From Candidatus Dormiibacterota bacterium (GTDB lineage Bacteria > Chloroflexota > Dormibacteria > Dormibacterales > Dormibacteraceae): a stretch of DNA of 42,127 bases. Within the stretch, counting starts at the first letter, position 1. Each line of letters opens with the position of its first letter. A program made the translations under genes and the position numbers. The stretch spans positions 1 through 42,127 of the forward strand of contig DASPYE010000202.1 of assembly GCA_035636935.1 (NCBI GenBank). The letters are read 5' to 3'. Positions 32,668 to 41,964 of the stretch are shown here, one piece after another. The notes below the pieces were generated by a model. That model was not told the origin of the DNA. It did no database searches and saw only the letters and a list, made by a program, of their open reading frames with translations.

Positions 32668-34468
32668 GCTTCAACACCGCCATGAACGCCTCCTGCGGGA
32701 TCTCGATCGCGCCCACTCGCTTCATGCGTCGCTTGCCTTCCTTTTGCCTCTCCAACAGTTTGCGTTTCCGGGTCACGTCCCCGCCGTAGCACTTCGCAAG
32801 GACGTCCTTTCTCATCGCAGAGATCGTCTCGCGCGCGACCACCTTGCCGCCGATCGCGGCCTGCAGCGGGACCTCGTAAAGCTGGCGCGGGATGATCGAC
32901 CTCAGCTTCTCCACCAGGCGCCTGCCCTGCCCCTGCGCCTTGCTCCGATCGGTGATGAGAGAGAGCGCGTCGACCGCCTCCCCGGCCACGAGCACGTCGA
33001 GCTTGACCAGGTCCCCTTCGCGAAAGCCGATCATCTCGTAGTCCATCGACGCGTAACCCTTGGAGCGCGATTTCAGCTGGTCGTAGAAGTCGTGGATGAT
33101 CTCGCCCAGCGGGATCTCGTACTCGATCACGACTCGGTCGCCTGGCCGGTGTTCGAGGTGCTTGAACGTCCCTCGGCGCTCCTGGCAGAGCTCCATCATC
33201 GGCCCCACAGAAGTGGATGGAACGATGATGGACAGCTTCACGTAGGGCTCTGAGATGGATTCGATCATCGTGGGATCCGGCAGCAGCGCCGGGTTGTCAA
33301 CCTCGATTACCCCGCCACGTTTCAGCTTGACGCGATATTCGACGGTGGGAGCGGTGGTGATCAGGTCGAGCTCGAACTCGCGCTCCAATCGCTCCTGGAC
33401 GATCTCGAGATGAAGAAGGCCGAGGAAGCCACAGCGAAAGCCAAATCCGAGGGCGGCTGAGTTCTCCGGCTCGAAGGAAAGTGCCCCGTCGTTGAGCTGC
33501 AGCTTCTCCAGCGCCTCTTTGAGGTCGCCGAACTGCTCGGAGTTGGACGGAAACAGGCCCGCGAATACCATCGGCTTCACCTGGCGGTAGCCGGGCAGGG
33601 GTGCCGTCGCCCCATGCTCGGAGGCCGTGATCGTGTCGCCGACCCGCGCGTCGACCACGTTCTTGATCGCGGCCGTGACGTAGCCCACCTCGCCGGCGGT
33701 CAGCTTCTCAGCCGGCCGCGGGCGCGGCGCGAACCAACCGACCTCGTCCACGTCATGGACCTTGCCTGTGTTCATCATCCGGATCTTGGTGCGGGGAACT
33801 ATCTCGCCATCGACCACGCGCACGTAGGTGATGACGCCTCGGTACGTGTCGTAATGCGAGTCGAAGATCAGGGCACGCAGGGGTTTTGACGGGTCGCCGC
33901 GCGGCGGCGGCACACGTTTGACCACCGCTTCGAGGATCTCGTCGGTTCCTGTTCCGAGCTTGGCCGAAGCGAAGATGACCTGGTCGCGCGCGATGCCTGT
34001 GACGTCGGATATCTCCTCGGCCACCATCTCGGGTTGTGCGGCGTCGAGGTCGATCTTGTTGACGACCGGCACGATGGTGAGCCCCGCCTCGACCGCCTGG
34101 TAGAGGTTGGCGAGAGTCTGGGCCTCGATCCCCTGCGCGGCGTCGACGACGAGGATCGCGCCCTCGCATGCGGCGAGCGACCGAGAGACCTCATAAGCGA
34201 AGTCGACGTGGCCTGGGGTGTCGATGAGGTTGAGCTCGTAGCTCTGGCCGTCGCGGGCCGGGTATGTCATGCGGACCGCCTGGAGCTTGATCGTGATCCC
34301 GCGCTCCCGCTCGAGGTCCATCGTGTCGAGGACCTGGTCCTGCATATCGCGCTGACTGATCGACCCGGTGCGTTCGAGCAAGCGGTCGGCGAGCGTCGAC
34401 TTGCCGTGATCGATGTGGGCGATGATGCAGAAATTCCGCACTAAAGCCTGCTTTGTCGTGACAGCCAC
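32660..34468 (-). CDS. lepA: Translation elongation factor 4 (LepA)
   Basis: Motifs [29 protein letters not shown] and NKID, plus the LepA C-terminal domain ([42 protein letters not shown]). The start is probably GTG 34468 or GTG 34441. The track start at 34549 adds a non-conserved extension. Confidence 0.9.
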   Translation of the reverse strand: MAVTTKQALVRNFCIIAHIDHGKSTLADRLLERTGSISQRDMQDQVLDTMDLERERGITIKLQAVRMTYPARDGQSYELNLIDTPGHVDFAYEVSRSLAACEGAILVVDAAQGIEAQTLANLYQAVEAGLTIVPVVNKIDLDAAQPEMVAEEISDVTGIARDQVIFASAKLGTGTDEILEAVVKRVPPPRGDPSKPLRALIFDSHYDTYRGVITYVRVVDGEIVPRTKIRMMNTGKVHDVDEVGWFAPRPRPAEKLTAGEVGYVTAAIKNVVDARVGDTITASEHGATAPLPGYRQVKPMVFAGLFPSNSEQFGDLKEALEKLQLNDGALSFEPENSAALGFGFRCGFLGLLHLEIVQERLEREFELDLITTAPTVEYRVKLKRGGVIEVDNPALLPDPTMIESISEPYVKLSIIVPSTSVGPMMELCQERRGTFKHLEHRPGDRVVIEYEIPLGEIIHDFYDQLKSRSKGYASMDYEMIGFREGDLVKLDVLVAGEAVDALSLITDRSKAQGQGRRLVEKLRSIIPRQLYEVPLQAAIGGKVVARETISAMRKDVLAKCYGGDVTRKRKLLERQKEGKRRMKRVGAIEIPQEAFMAVLKLD

Positions 34469-34475
34469 GGTCAGA

Positions 34476-34820
34476 ATGCTAGGGATCGTGAACGCGGTGC
34501 TACTGATAGGCGCTCTGGTCAGCGTGGCCGGCGTCGTTCTGTTGGTCAACCTGGCCGGGGCGGCGGATTACACGATCCGACATCTCACCGCGAGATCGCT
34601 AGGCACGCTGCCGCCAGGTTTCGCGGCGTCGAAAGAGGGCTTCCAGGTCTACGCGCTCCTGGTCCTCGGGATCGGCCTGATCTTCCTTGGCCTCGGCACG
34701 GCCGCGACGGCGGTGACCGCGGGGACCGTTCTGATGGGGGTTGGACTGACGGCCTTTGCCATCACCTCGGTGCTGGCGATTCGCGGCGAGGTAGCCACCG
34801 CGAAAGGCAAGAAAAGCTAG
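34476..34820 (+). CDS. Hypothetical small membrane protein (3-4 TM)
   Basis: From ATG 34476 the protein reads [24 protein letters not shown]..., with three further hydrophobic segments and a basic tail. I recognised no family. The track start at 34413 lies inside lepA. Confidence 0.4.
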   Translation: MLGIVNAVLLIGALVSVAGVVLLVNLAGAADYTIRHLTARSLGTLPPGFAASKEGFQVYALLVLGIGLIFLGLGTAATAVTAGTVLMGVGLTAFAITSVLAIRGEVATAKGKKS

Positions 34821-34830
34821 TCAAGTCGAC

Positions 34831-35502
34831 CTAGCCCCGTCTCGCGGCGAGCGCGACAGCCAGCCCGACCAGCGCGGCCGTGTCCACCCTCAGGTTGCGC
34901 GGGCCAAGCCCGGCCGTCTCTTCTGCCAGCGCTACCTCGCGATCGGTCCAACCGCCCTCCGGCCCGATCAGAAGCGTCAGGTCGCGCGGCTCCGTGAGGT
35001 CGGCCAGCCGGCGGGGCGCGTCCCGGTCCAGCATCACCGGAAAGTCGAATGCCGCGATCACCGCGTCCAGTGACGTCGCGGCCGAAACCTCGGGCACCCG
35101 GAGCCGCCCTGCCAGCATCGCCGCCTCGCGACAGATGGCAGACCAGCGTCCGATCTTCTCCGCGCGACCGACGCTGCGATCGGCCCGGAACACGACAAAC
35201 GCGTGGGCACCAGCCTCCGTGCAGCGGGACAGCACCAGCTCCAGGGGCGGCGCGGGAAGGTTTGCGACCGCGATCGTGATTCGCGCCGCGGGCTCGGGTT
35301 GGTGCACACGCTCCGCTGTGACCGCGCCCTCGACGCGAGCAGGCGATACGACCTCGAGCCGCACCTTGAGCATGAACCCCTTGGGGTCGACGACCTCGAT
35401 CTCCTGGCCCGGCTTTGCACGCAGCGAACGGGCGAGATGGTGCGCGTCGTCTCCCTGTATCACCACGCGGTCGCGCACGCGGCGGCCGAAGAACGCGGGC
35501 AA
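34831..35502 (-). CDS. rsmE: 16S rRNA (uracil1498-N3)-methyltransferase RsmE
   Basis: From TTG 35502 the protein reads MPAFFGRRV..GDDAHHLARSLRAKPG (PUA-like N-terminus). The C-terminal SPOUT motifs are LLIGPEGGWTDRE and LGPRNLRVDTAAL. It is 223 aa. Confidence 0.8.
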   Translation of the reverse strand: MPAFFGRRVRDRVVIQGDDAHHLARSLRAKPGQEIEVVDPKGFMLKVRLEVVSPARVEGAVTAERVHQPEPAARITIAVANLPAPPLELVLSRCTEAGAHAFVVFRADRSVGRAEKIGRWSAICREAAMLAGRLRVPEVSAATSLDAVIAAFDFPVMLDRDAPRRLADLTEPRDLTLLIGPEGGWTDREVALAEETAGLGPRNLRVDTAALVGLAVALAARRG

Positions 35503-35504
35503 AC

Positions 35505-35822
35505 TTACATCACGTTGAAGGTTTCGTAGACGGCAACCTGCGCGCCGCCCTTGACCACGGGACATCCCTTCGCCAGCTTCGTCGCCTTGTCGAGCGACGG
35601 CGCCTCGATGATGCTGTACCCCGTCGCACGCTGACCGACTGGGCCCTTCGCGACTGCCCCGTCTGGCTTGACCTTGTTCACCGATCCCGAAAACGGATTG
35701 CCCGGGTCGACGATCGCGGGACCCAGCTTGTTGAACCAGCTCGTCCACTGTTTCATGACCCGCGCCTGTTGCGCCGGCGTATCTGGCATGCGGCCCCCGT
35801 AGTAGATGAGGAGATATCTCAC
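35505..35822 (-). CDS. Hypothetical YCII/DGPF-like dimeric alpha-beta-barrel family protein
   Basis: From GTG 35822 (a GTGA overlap with the upstream stop) the protein reads VRYLLIYYGGRMPDTPAQQARVMKQWTSWFNKLGPAIVDPGNPF... It is 105 aa. The family assignment comes from an N-terminal pattern recalled from memory only. Confidence 0.45.
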   Translation of the reverse strand: MRYLLIYYGGRMPDTPAQQARVMKQWTSWFNKLGPAIVDPGNPFSGSVNKVKPDGAVAKGPVGQRATGYSIIEAPSLDKATKLAKGCPVVKGGAQVAVYETFNVM

Positions 35823-36424
35823 CTCGCAAAGTTTGCTCGCTGCTCGCTTATCAGGGCGAGGGCGGATGCAAGCCGGTCGCGGTTGGCCGGTAGGTTGAGC
35901 CAGCGATTCTGCCCCGAGGGGTGCGGTAGGGGGATCATCACCGGTCGCTCGCCAAAGCTCCTTCCGACGCGATCCTCGAGCGCGCCGGGGCCGAGAAAGC
36001 GAGCGATCGCCATCTGCCCGACGAGGATCAGCACCTTCGGCTCGAGCATCAGCAGCTCGGCGTCGAGCCAGTGGGCACAGTTCGCGATGCCGGCCGGTGG
36101 TGGGCGCAGGTCGCCGGCGTTCTTTGCGTTGCGGCCGGGAAAGCAACGCATCAAGGCCGCGATGTACGTCAGGTTGCGGAATTCCTCGGGATCGCGAAAG
36201 CCCGCCCGCAGCATCCAGCGATCGAGCTCCTTGCCGGCTCGACCTGAGAACGGGCGCCTCGTTTCGCGCTCGGCCGGACCGGGAGCCTGGCCCACGAGGA
36301 AGAATGGCGCGCCCCATCGGCCTTCGAACGTTGGGTTGGCCTCGGCGATGATCCCCTGCTCCGCGCACACCGTGCATGCGCGGCAGGCGACCTGGTGCGC
36401 GAGTAGGGCCGCGCGGGTTTTCAG
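35819..36424 (-). CDS. Uracil-DNA glycosylase superfamily protein (family 4/5-like, Fe-S type)
   Basis: The CRAC CxxC motif is followed by FFLVGQAPGPAERETRRPFSGRAG (motif A) and PLPHPSGQN (motif B), with further Cys at MRCFPG and NCAHW. The start must lie upstream of CRAC. The candidates are CTG 36424 (a CTGA overlap with the upstream stop) or ATG 36577 (a 157-nt overlap). Confidence 0.7.
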   Translation of the reverse strand: MKTRAALLAHQVACRACTVCAEQGIIAEANPTFEGRWGAPFFLVGQAPGPAERETRRPFSGRAGKELDRWMLRAGFRDPEEFRNLTYIAALMRCFPGRNAKNAGDLRPPPAGIANCAHWLDAELLMLEPKVLILVGQMAIARFLGPGALEDRVGRSFGERPVMIPLPHPSGQNRWLNLPANRDRLASALALISEQRANFAR

Positions 36425-37461
36425 ATGACGCGGACGAGGCCCGGGCTGTGCGCGATGCCTGGAATGCGACCGCGCTTGGTCATCGGTTTGCCCGAGATCT
36501 CCTTGATATCGGCGGTGAACGCAATCGGAGGCGCGGAGCTGATCGCCATCCCGACGCCATAGGAGTGGATCGGGCACTTCGCGGCCTCGAACTCACGGAT
36601 CCGCGCCGCGTCCAGTCCGCCCGAGACGAATATCCCGACGTGGCTGAACCCGGCCTGGTCGAGCCGAGCCCGGACCTCTTTGACGAGATCGACCGTTACC
36701 CCGCCACGCTCACCCGGCGTGTCCAGCCGCACGCCGCGCAGCCGCTTGCCGAGAGCCTCGGCGACACGGAGCGCCTCTTCAGCCTCGTCCTTGAACGTGT
36801 CGACGAGCACGATTCGAAGCACATCGTCGCCCATGTGCTCGTCGAAGGCGAGGGCGGCTTTGACCGTATCGCCGAACAGCAGGATCATCGCGTGCGGCAT
36901 GGTGCCGGACGCGCCCTGCAGTCCGGCAAGCTGGGCACCGAGTGGGGTGGCGCAGCCGGCGCAGCCGCCGACTACCGCGGAGTACTCCATCGTCGGAGCG
37001 ATCAGCGGGTGGACGTGGCGGGCGCCGAAGCTGATCACACGCTTGCCACCCGCGGCTTCGACGATCTCACGTGCCGCGGTCGCCCAGCCGGAGCAGCTCG
37101 ACAGCATGCCGAGCAGGGCTGTCTCGTAGACCCCGAAGCGTGAGTAGGGGGCGTGGACCCGAAGCACGGTTTCCTTTTTCTGCATGGCCGCGCCTTCGGC
37201 GACTGCCCACGCCTGGTCGCCTTCCTGGAGGATTCCAGACAGCAAGCGAACAGCCTCGGCGACTCCGCACAAGACACCGGCCTTGCTGGAGAAGAACTCC
37301 ATCGCGACGACCGCGTCGACGTGGGCGGCAGCCAGCGTTGTGCGCGCCCGCTGGAAGTAAACGTCAGAGGCCGGACCGCCGTAGTAGGCGATGAGGTCTG
37401 CAGCAGGGCTGGCCGCCGTCACGGTTTGAAGTGCGCCCTGCGCGCGCCCAGCCTGCTTCAT
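36421..37461 (-). CDS. Nicotinate phosphoribosyltransferase (type II PRTase, archaeal/NadC-like)
   Basis: Type II PRTase barrel motifs are ISFGARHVHP, GTMPHAMILLFGD, VLVDTF, LRGVRLDTPGERGG and IFVSGGLD. The length is 346 aa. The distinction between NaPRT and QaPRT is not certain. Confidence 0.7.
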   Translation of the reverse strand: MKQAGRAQGALQTVTAASPAADLIAYYGGPASDVYFQRARTTLAAAHVDAVVAMEFFSSKAGVLCGVAEAVRLLSGILQEGDQAWAVAEGAAMQKKETVLRVHAPYSRFGVYETALLGMLSSCSGWATAAREIVEAAGGKRVISFGARHVHPLIAPTMEYSAVVGGCAGCATPLGAQLAGLQGASGTMPHAMILLFGDTVKAALAFDEHMGDDVLRIVLVDTFKDEAEEALRVAEALGKRLRGVRLDTPGERGGVTVDLVKEVRARLDQAGFSHVGIFVSGGLDAARIREFEAAKCPIHSYGVGMAISSAPPIAFTADIKEISGKPMTKRGRIPGIAHSPGLVRVI

Positions 37462-37502
37462 GGCGCATTGAAGTTAACAGCCTCGGTAACATCCGGTTGC
37501 CG

Positions 37503-38582
37503 ATGAGTGGGCCCAGTTCACAACAGGTGCTAGAGGCGCTGGCGACGATCAAAGACCCGGACCTGGGTCGCGACGTGGTCAGCCTCGGCATGATCAAGGA
37601 GATCGAGGTGAGCCCGGAAGGTCGTGTCAGCTTCACCTTCGAGCTGACGACGCCGGCGTGTCCGGTGCGCGACCGCTTCAAGTCGCAGGCCGAAGATGCG
37701 GTCGGCGAGCTGGCGGGAGTGACCGGGGTCGACGTCCGAATGACAGCCAACGTGCGGCCGGCGTTTCTGCGCCCCAAGCCGTCCGAGATCCTGCCTGGCG
37801 TCAAGCAGACGATCGCCGTCGCGTCGGGCAAGGGCGGAGTCGGCAAGTCGACAGTTGCGGTCAACCTGGCCGCCGCCCTGCGCAAGAGCGGGGCTTCGGT
37901 CGGACTGCTGGACGCCGACATCTACGGCCCGTCGGTGCCCGTGATGACCGGCTCGCACAGCGTGCCGCAACAGGCGAACGGCCGTCTTCTTCCCATCGAG
38001 GCGCACGGCATGAAGCTGATGTCGTTCGGCCACATCAACCCTGGGTCTGAGCCCACCATCTACCGCGGCCCAATGGTGGGCAAGGCGATCGAAGCGATGA
38101 TGGTGCAGGTCGATTGGGGCGTGCTCGATTATCTGGTCATCGACCTGCCGCCAGGCACCGGCGACGCGTCTCTGACGCTGGCCCAGGCCGTGCCCCTTAC
38201 CGGCGTCGCGATCGTCTGCACGCCGCAGGACGTCGCTACCGACATCGCTGTCAAGGCGCTGCAGATGTTCCGCAAGCTGAACGTGACGCCGCTCGGCCTG
38301 ATCGAGAACATGAGCTGGTATGTGTGCCCTAGCTGCGGGCACCGCCACGAGATCTTCAGCCACGGCGGGGCCGAATCCGCGGCCAGGCGCCTGGGCGTGC
38401 CATTCCTCGGCGCCGTCCCGCTCGAGGAAGGCATCCGGGAGGACGCCGACAGCGGCACGCCGGTCGTCATCTCGAGGCCGGAATCCGCGGGAGCCAAGGC
38501 CTTCGTCGAGATCGCTTCCCAGGTCGCCGCGCGGACGTCGATCCAGTCGTTCCGTCAGCTGCCGGTCATCAACGTCCACTAA
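37503..38582 (+). CDS. apbC: Fe-S cluster carrier ATPase Mrp/ApbC (NBP35 family)
   Basis: The N-terminal DUF59-like domain shows VLEALATIKDPDLGRDVVSLGMI. The deviant Walker A is VASGKGGVGKST. The CPSCG (CxxC) cluster-binding motif is present. The track start at 37431 is an upstream extension. Confidence 0.9.
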   Translation: MSGPSSQQVLEALATIKDPDLGRDVVSLGMIKEIEVSPEGRVSFTFELTTPACPVRDRFKSQAEDAVGELAGVTGVDVRMTANVRPAFLRPKPSEILPGVKQTIAVASGKGGVGKSTVAVNLAAALRKSGASVGLLDADIYGPSVPVMTGSHSVPQQANGRLLPIEAHGMKLMSFGHINPGSEPTIYRGPMVGKAIEAMMVQVDWGVLDYLVIDLPPGTGDASLTLAQAVPLTGVAIVCTPQDVATDIAVKALQMFRKLNVTPLGLIENMSWYVCPSCGHRHEIFSHGGAESAARRLGVPFLGAVPLEEGIREDADSGTPVVISRPESAGAKAFVEIASQVAARTSIQSFRQLPVINVH

Positions 38583-38589
38583 GGATCAG

Positions 38590-38901
38590 CTGACGCAAGA
38601 CCCCGATCCGTTTCCGACCAACGTCGACGTCGACCGTGCGCGGCAGGTGATGGAGATCACCTGGGAGGACGGGGCCCACAGCAGCTACACCGGCGAGCAG
38701 CTGCGTTGGGCCTGTCCGTGTGCCGAGTGTCGAGGGGAGGCCGGGGCGCCAGGCCGTTTGGCGCGTGTGAAGACGCTGAACGATGACGAGCTCAAGATCC
38801 GCGACGTAACCCTCGTTGGACAGTACGCCCTACAGATCGCGTTCGAGAGCGGACACGCGACGGGCATCTACACCTTCTCACTCCTCCGGCGCTTGATGTA
38901 A
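38590..38901 (+). CDS. DUF971 (gamma-butyrobetaine hydroxylase-like N-terminal) domain protein
   Basis: PTNVDVDRARQVMEITWEDGAHSSYTGEQLRWACPCAECRGE...YALQIAFESGHATGIYTFSLL fits DUF971, a frequent Mrp neighbour. The first ATG (38650) falls inside the conserved first strand. CTG 38590 lies 4 nt after AAGGA (38581-38585) and is the best upstream candidate. Confidence 0.6.
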   Translation: MTQDPDPFPTNVDVDRARQVMEITWEDGAHSSYTGEQLRWACPCAECRGEAGAPGRLARVKTLNDDELKIRDVTLVGQYALQIAFESGHATGIYTFSLLRRLM

Positions 38902-38917
38902 TAATTCCCGCCGCCAG

Positions 38918-40510
38918 TTGTCGATCTCTACGCCACTCCCAGAACTGGAGCAAACGTCTCCTTCCCTCCCGCTCCGGCGACCACTTCGGCGCCGCAAGCG
39001 CTTCGGGCGGCGCGGGATGTTCGCCGCGATCATCGCGCTGATCGTCGTGATCGCCGGCGCGGGCGCTTTCCTGGCTTACGAGAACACGCTGCCGACCACC
39101 GTCGGCGCCAATGTCGGCAACGGCCAGAAGGACATCCCGACCGACGGAAGCTTGCTGCTGAATTTTTCGCGGCCCGTCGCGCTCGACGCGGTGAAGCTGG
39201 CGTTTTCGATCACGCCCGCGACCGACGGTGAGGTGACGGCCATCTCAGGCGGCACTCGGTTCGCGTGGGTTCCGCGCAAACCGCTCGCCGAGCTGACGAC
39301 GTACACGGTCGACCTGAAACCCATCGTTGACGTCGGCCACCGTCGCGTGAACGGCGCTCACTGGACGTTCACGACGATCATCATCCCCCGCGTCATAGCG
39401 ATCACCGCTCCGGACGGCACTCCGCTCAAGGACGGCATGGAGATCGACCTCGCGTCGACGCTGAAGCTCACCTTCAACGACGCGATGGAACCCGTGACGA
39501 TCAACGTCACCGTCGCCGGGCGGCAGGCAACGCTCAAGTGGGCGGACGATCTCAAGAGCGCGACATTCTCGACCGCGGGCCTGCCCTCTGGTCCGGTCGA
39601 GGTCCAGATCGCGCCGGGCGGCCGCGACCAGACGGGCCACCTCGTCGCAGGCTCGTTCACGCTGAAGACGGGCGTCTACTGGCATGACCATGAGCACACG
39701 GTCGCGCTGCGCTACCCGGCGCTGATCCAGATCCCGAACGACTCATTCGCGCGTGACCAGAACGGCTTGCAGGCGGCGAGCGTCATCTTCGAGTACCTCG
39801 CCGAGGGCGGCATCACGCGCCTGACCGCGATCTATCAGAACGTGCCGAACGTGGTTGGCCCGATGCGTTCCGCGCGGTTTATCTCACTGAAGATCGCGCG
39901 TCACTATCGGGGACTTCTGTTCCAGTCCGGCGAGTCGCCGGCGACCCGAGCGAGGGCGGCTCGAGAACCGGTGCCTCAGTTCTTCGACGTGATCGGATAT
40001 CAGTACCGGGCGAGCTCTCGATACGCGCCGGACAACTTGATGATCAAGGGCGACAAAGTCCTGGCGGCGCAGAACAACTACTTCAAAGGTATCGGTTCGT
40101 TCACGGTGCCGAAAGCGAGGCCTGTGCTCACGGGTGGCTCCCCCGCATCGAGTGCAGGCGTCGCCGAGCATTACTCGACGTACAAGTACGACGCTGCTAC
40201 CGGCACGTACACCAAGACCGAGCAGGGCCACCTTTACTCGGATGCGACGCTCCACCAGCCGCTTCGTATCGAGATGGTGGTCGTGCTGCATACGAATGAG
40301 CAGCTGCTGGACGTAGGCGATGGCCACGGAGCGCACATCCACGACTACGACCTGGATTCGAGTGGATACGCGACCATCCTCTACAAGGGCCAGCAGTACG
40401 GCGCGTCGTGGAAGTCGACGGACAGAAACGGCCCGCTGACCTTCGCACTCACCAACGGCCAGCCGGTCTCGCTGCCTCCGGGTCTGGTCTGGATCGACGT
40501 CACCCGCTAG
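38918..40510 (+). CDS. Membrane-anchored DUF3048 (YerB-like) protein with N-terminal Ig-like (SbsA_Ig/Big_5-like) domains
   Basis: The start is TTG. A basic N-terminus precedes a TM helix (MFAAIIALIVVIAGAGAFLAY). Repeated beta-rich segments read LLLNFSRPV and LKLTFNDAMEP. The C-terminal part has FEYLAEGGITRLTAIYQN...MRSARF, typical of DUF3048. Confidence 0.65.
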   Translation: MSISTPLPELEQTSPSLPLRRPLRRRKRFGRRGMFAAIIALIVVIAGAGAFLAYENTLPTTVGANVGNGQKDIPTDGSLLLNFSRPVALDAVKLAFSITPATDGEVTAISGGTRFAWVPRKPLAELTTYTVDLKPIVDVGHRRVNGAHWTFTTIIIPRVIAITAPDGTPLKDGMEIDLASTLKLTFNDAMEPVTINVTVAGRQATLKWADDLKSATFSTAGLPSGPVEVQIAPGGRDQTGHLVAGSFTLKTGVYWHDHEHTVALRYPALIQIPNDSFARDQNGLQAASVIFEYLAEGGITRLTAIYQNVPNVVGPMRSARFISLKIARHYRGLLFQSGESPATRARAAREPVPQFFDVIGYQYRASSRYAPDNLMIKGDKVLAAQNNYFKGIGSFTVPKARPVLTGGSPASSAGVAEHYSTYKYDAATGTYTKTEQGHLYSDATLHQPLRIEMVVVLHTNEQLLDVGDGHGAHIHDYDLDSSGYATILYKGQQYGASWKSTDRNGPLTFALTNGQPVSLPPGLVWIDVTR

Positions 40511-40598
40511 CCAGCGCCTGGGCAGGGTTGCGGCGGTTGACGCAAGGTTCAGAGTTCGAGATCCCCGTCCAGAGCCAATTTCCTCCAACCCAGCGCCC

Positions 40599-41762
40599 TC
40601 AGCGAATCGATAGTTGCCGCCAGTGCAGGCCGCGGTCGTCGGTCTGGAAGAGCTCGTTGTACATGAAGCAGTCAGTCTTGAAGTCGCGGCATCCCGATCG
40701 GTTAAAGATCCCCCATCCGGTTGAGCCCGCAAAGCTGATCGGTGCTCTCAACGCGCCAGAGAACGAGGTGGGCGCCCACTCCCATGTCCGGCCCCCATCC
40801 CGGGTCAACTCGAACCTGGTGGATGTCGTGACCGGTGGAGGTGCGGATTCAAGGAAGCCTGCCAGCCAGTCGGAGGAGCTGCTCACGCCCCCGAGGCCGG
40901 CGCTGCTGGAAACAATCGGGTTCGCGACCGTCGACAGATGGTCCCATGATCGCCCGGCGTCGGACGTCGCATAGAAGATCTCGCCGACGTCACCGCCGGT
41001 CGGGTCGGCGATTCTGCCCAGCATCACTCCGTGCCTGTCGTCGCTAAAGACCGGCAGCTCAAAAACGGGGGATACCTGTGCATCCGTCGCCGTCTGAATG
41101 GGTGGGCGCTGCCACGACTTTCCGCCGTCGTGGGTGACGAAGCTTCCTTTCATCCCTGAGATGAATCCGTCGAGCTCGTTGATGAAGAGGATGGGCCCGC
41201 TCTCTGGAAAGGCGGCTGCAGTCCAGCTCTCCCCTCCGTCGCCGGTGCGGAAGCCCTTGTAGTACATGAAGCCCGCATGCGAGCCCTGGTCGACGAGCAT
41301 CCACCCGTGCCTCGAATCGATGAACACGAGGTAGACCGGACCCTGTGTGTCGACCGGGGTCGTCGCGCCAGTGTGACGCATGACCCAGTGACGCCCGCCG
41401 TCTGACGACCTATACAGGTCCAGACTCGACGAGTAGTTGCTAGCCCAATCAGGGTTCGGCGACCCAACCACTGCCCAGGCCTGGCTCTGGTTGAGGAAGA
41501 ACGCGGTCTCCAGGTTCCCTCCGTCCCTGGAAGGGGTGACGTCGGCCCACCGGGTCCCAGAATCGGAAGTCGTCAGCAGTCGATTGGTGGTCAGCAACCA
41601 GCCAGTGGTCGGGGTCAACAAGGTTGCCGCTCGGAGTTCGTCTGGTGCCGGGTTCTTCTTACTCCCGCTGGTGGCCGACGCATTCCCGCAAGCCGCCAAT
41701 AGCGCGCCGACCGAAACTAGCGCGAGGGTTCGTCGAAGCCACAAGGCGGGTGGTCCGCACAC
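40599..41762 (-). CDS. Lipoprotein with BNR/Asp-box beta-propeller (Ycf48/sialidase-like)
   Basis: The lipobox is VGALLAAC. Seven SxDxGxxW-type Asp-boxes are present: TSDSGTRW, SSDGGRHW, TGDGGESW, THDGGKSW, TSDAGRSW, TRDGGRTW and TDDRGLHW. Confidence 0.75.
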   Translation of the reverse strand: MCGPPALWLRRTLALVSVGALLAACGNASATSGSKKNPAPDELRAATLLTPTTGWLLTTNRLLTTSDSGTRWADVTPSRDGGNLETAFFLNQSQAWAVVGSPNPDWASNYSSSLDLYRSSDGGRHWVMRHTGATTPVDTQGPVYLVFIDSRHGWMLVDQGSHAGFMYYKGFRTGDGGESWTAAAFPESGPILFINELDGFISGMKGSFVTHDGGKSWQRPPIQTATDAQVSPVFELPVFSDDRHGVMLGRIADPTGGDVGEIFYATSDAGRSWDHLSTVANPIVSSSAGLGGVSSSSDWLAGFLESAPPPVTTSTRFELTRDGGRTWEWAPTSFSGALRAPISFAGSTGWGIFNRSGCRDFKTDCFMYNELFQTDDRGLHWRQLSIR

Positions 41763-41964
41763 TCTCTTTCTACCCCTGAGAACGCCCGCCGGGAGACTGA
41801 GTTACGAAGAATCACGGTGCTCGGCAGCTCCGCTGCGGGCTCCGGATGGGGCCAAGGAAGTTCCTTCAGGAGTAAGAGGTCACCGACCGACGGATAGTCC
41901 TGACAAACCGAGCTGAAGTCCGAAGCAAACCTCGGAGAGTCCGGACGATCCGGGGATCAGCCGC

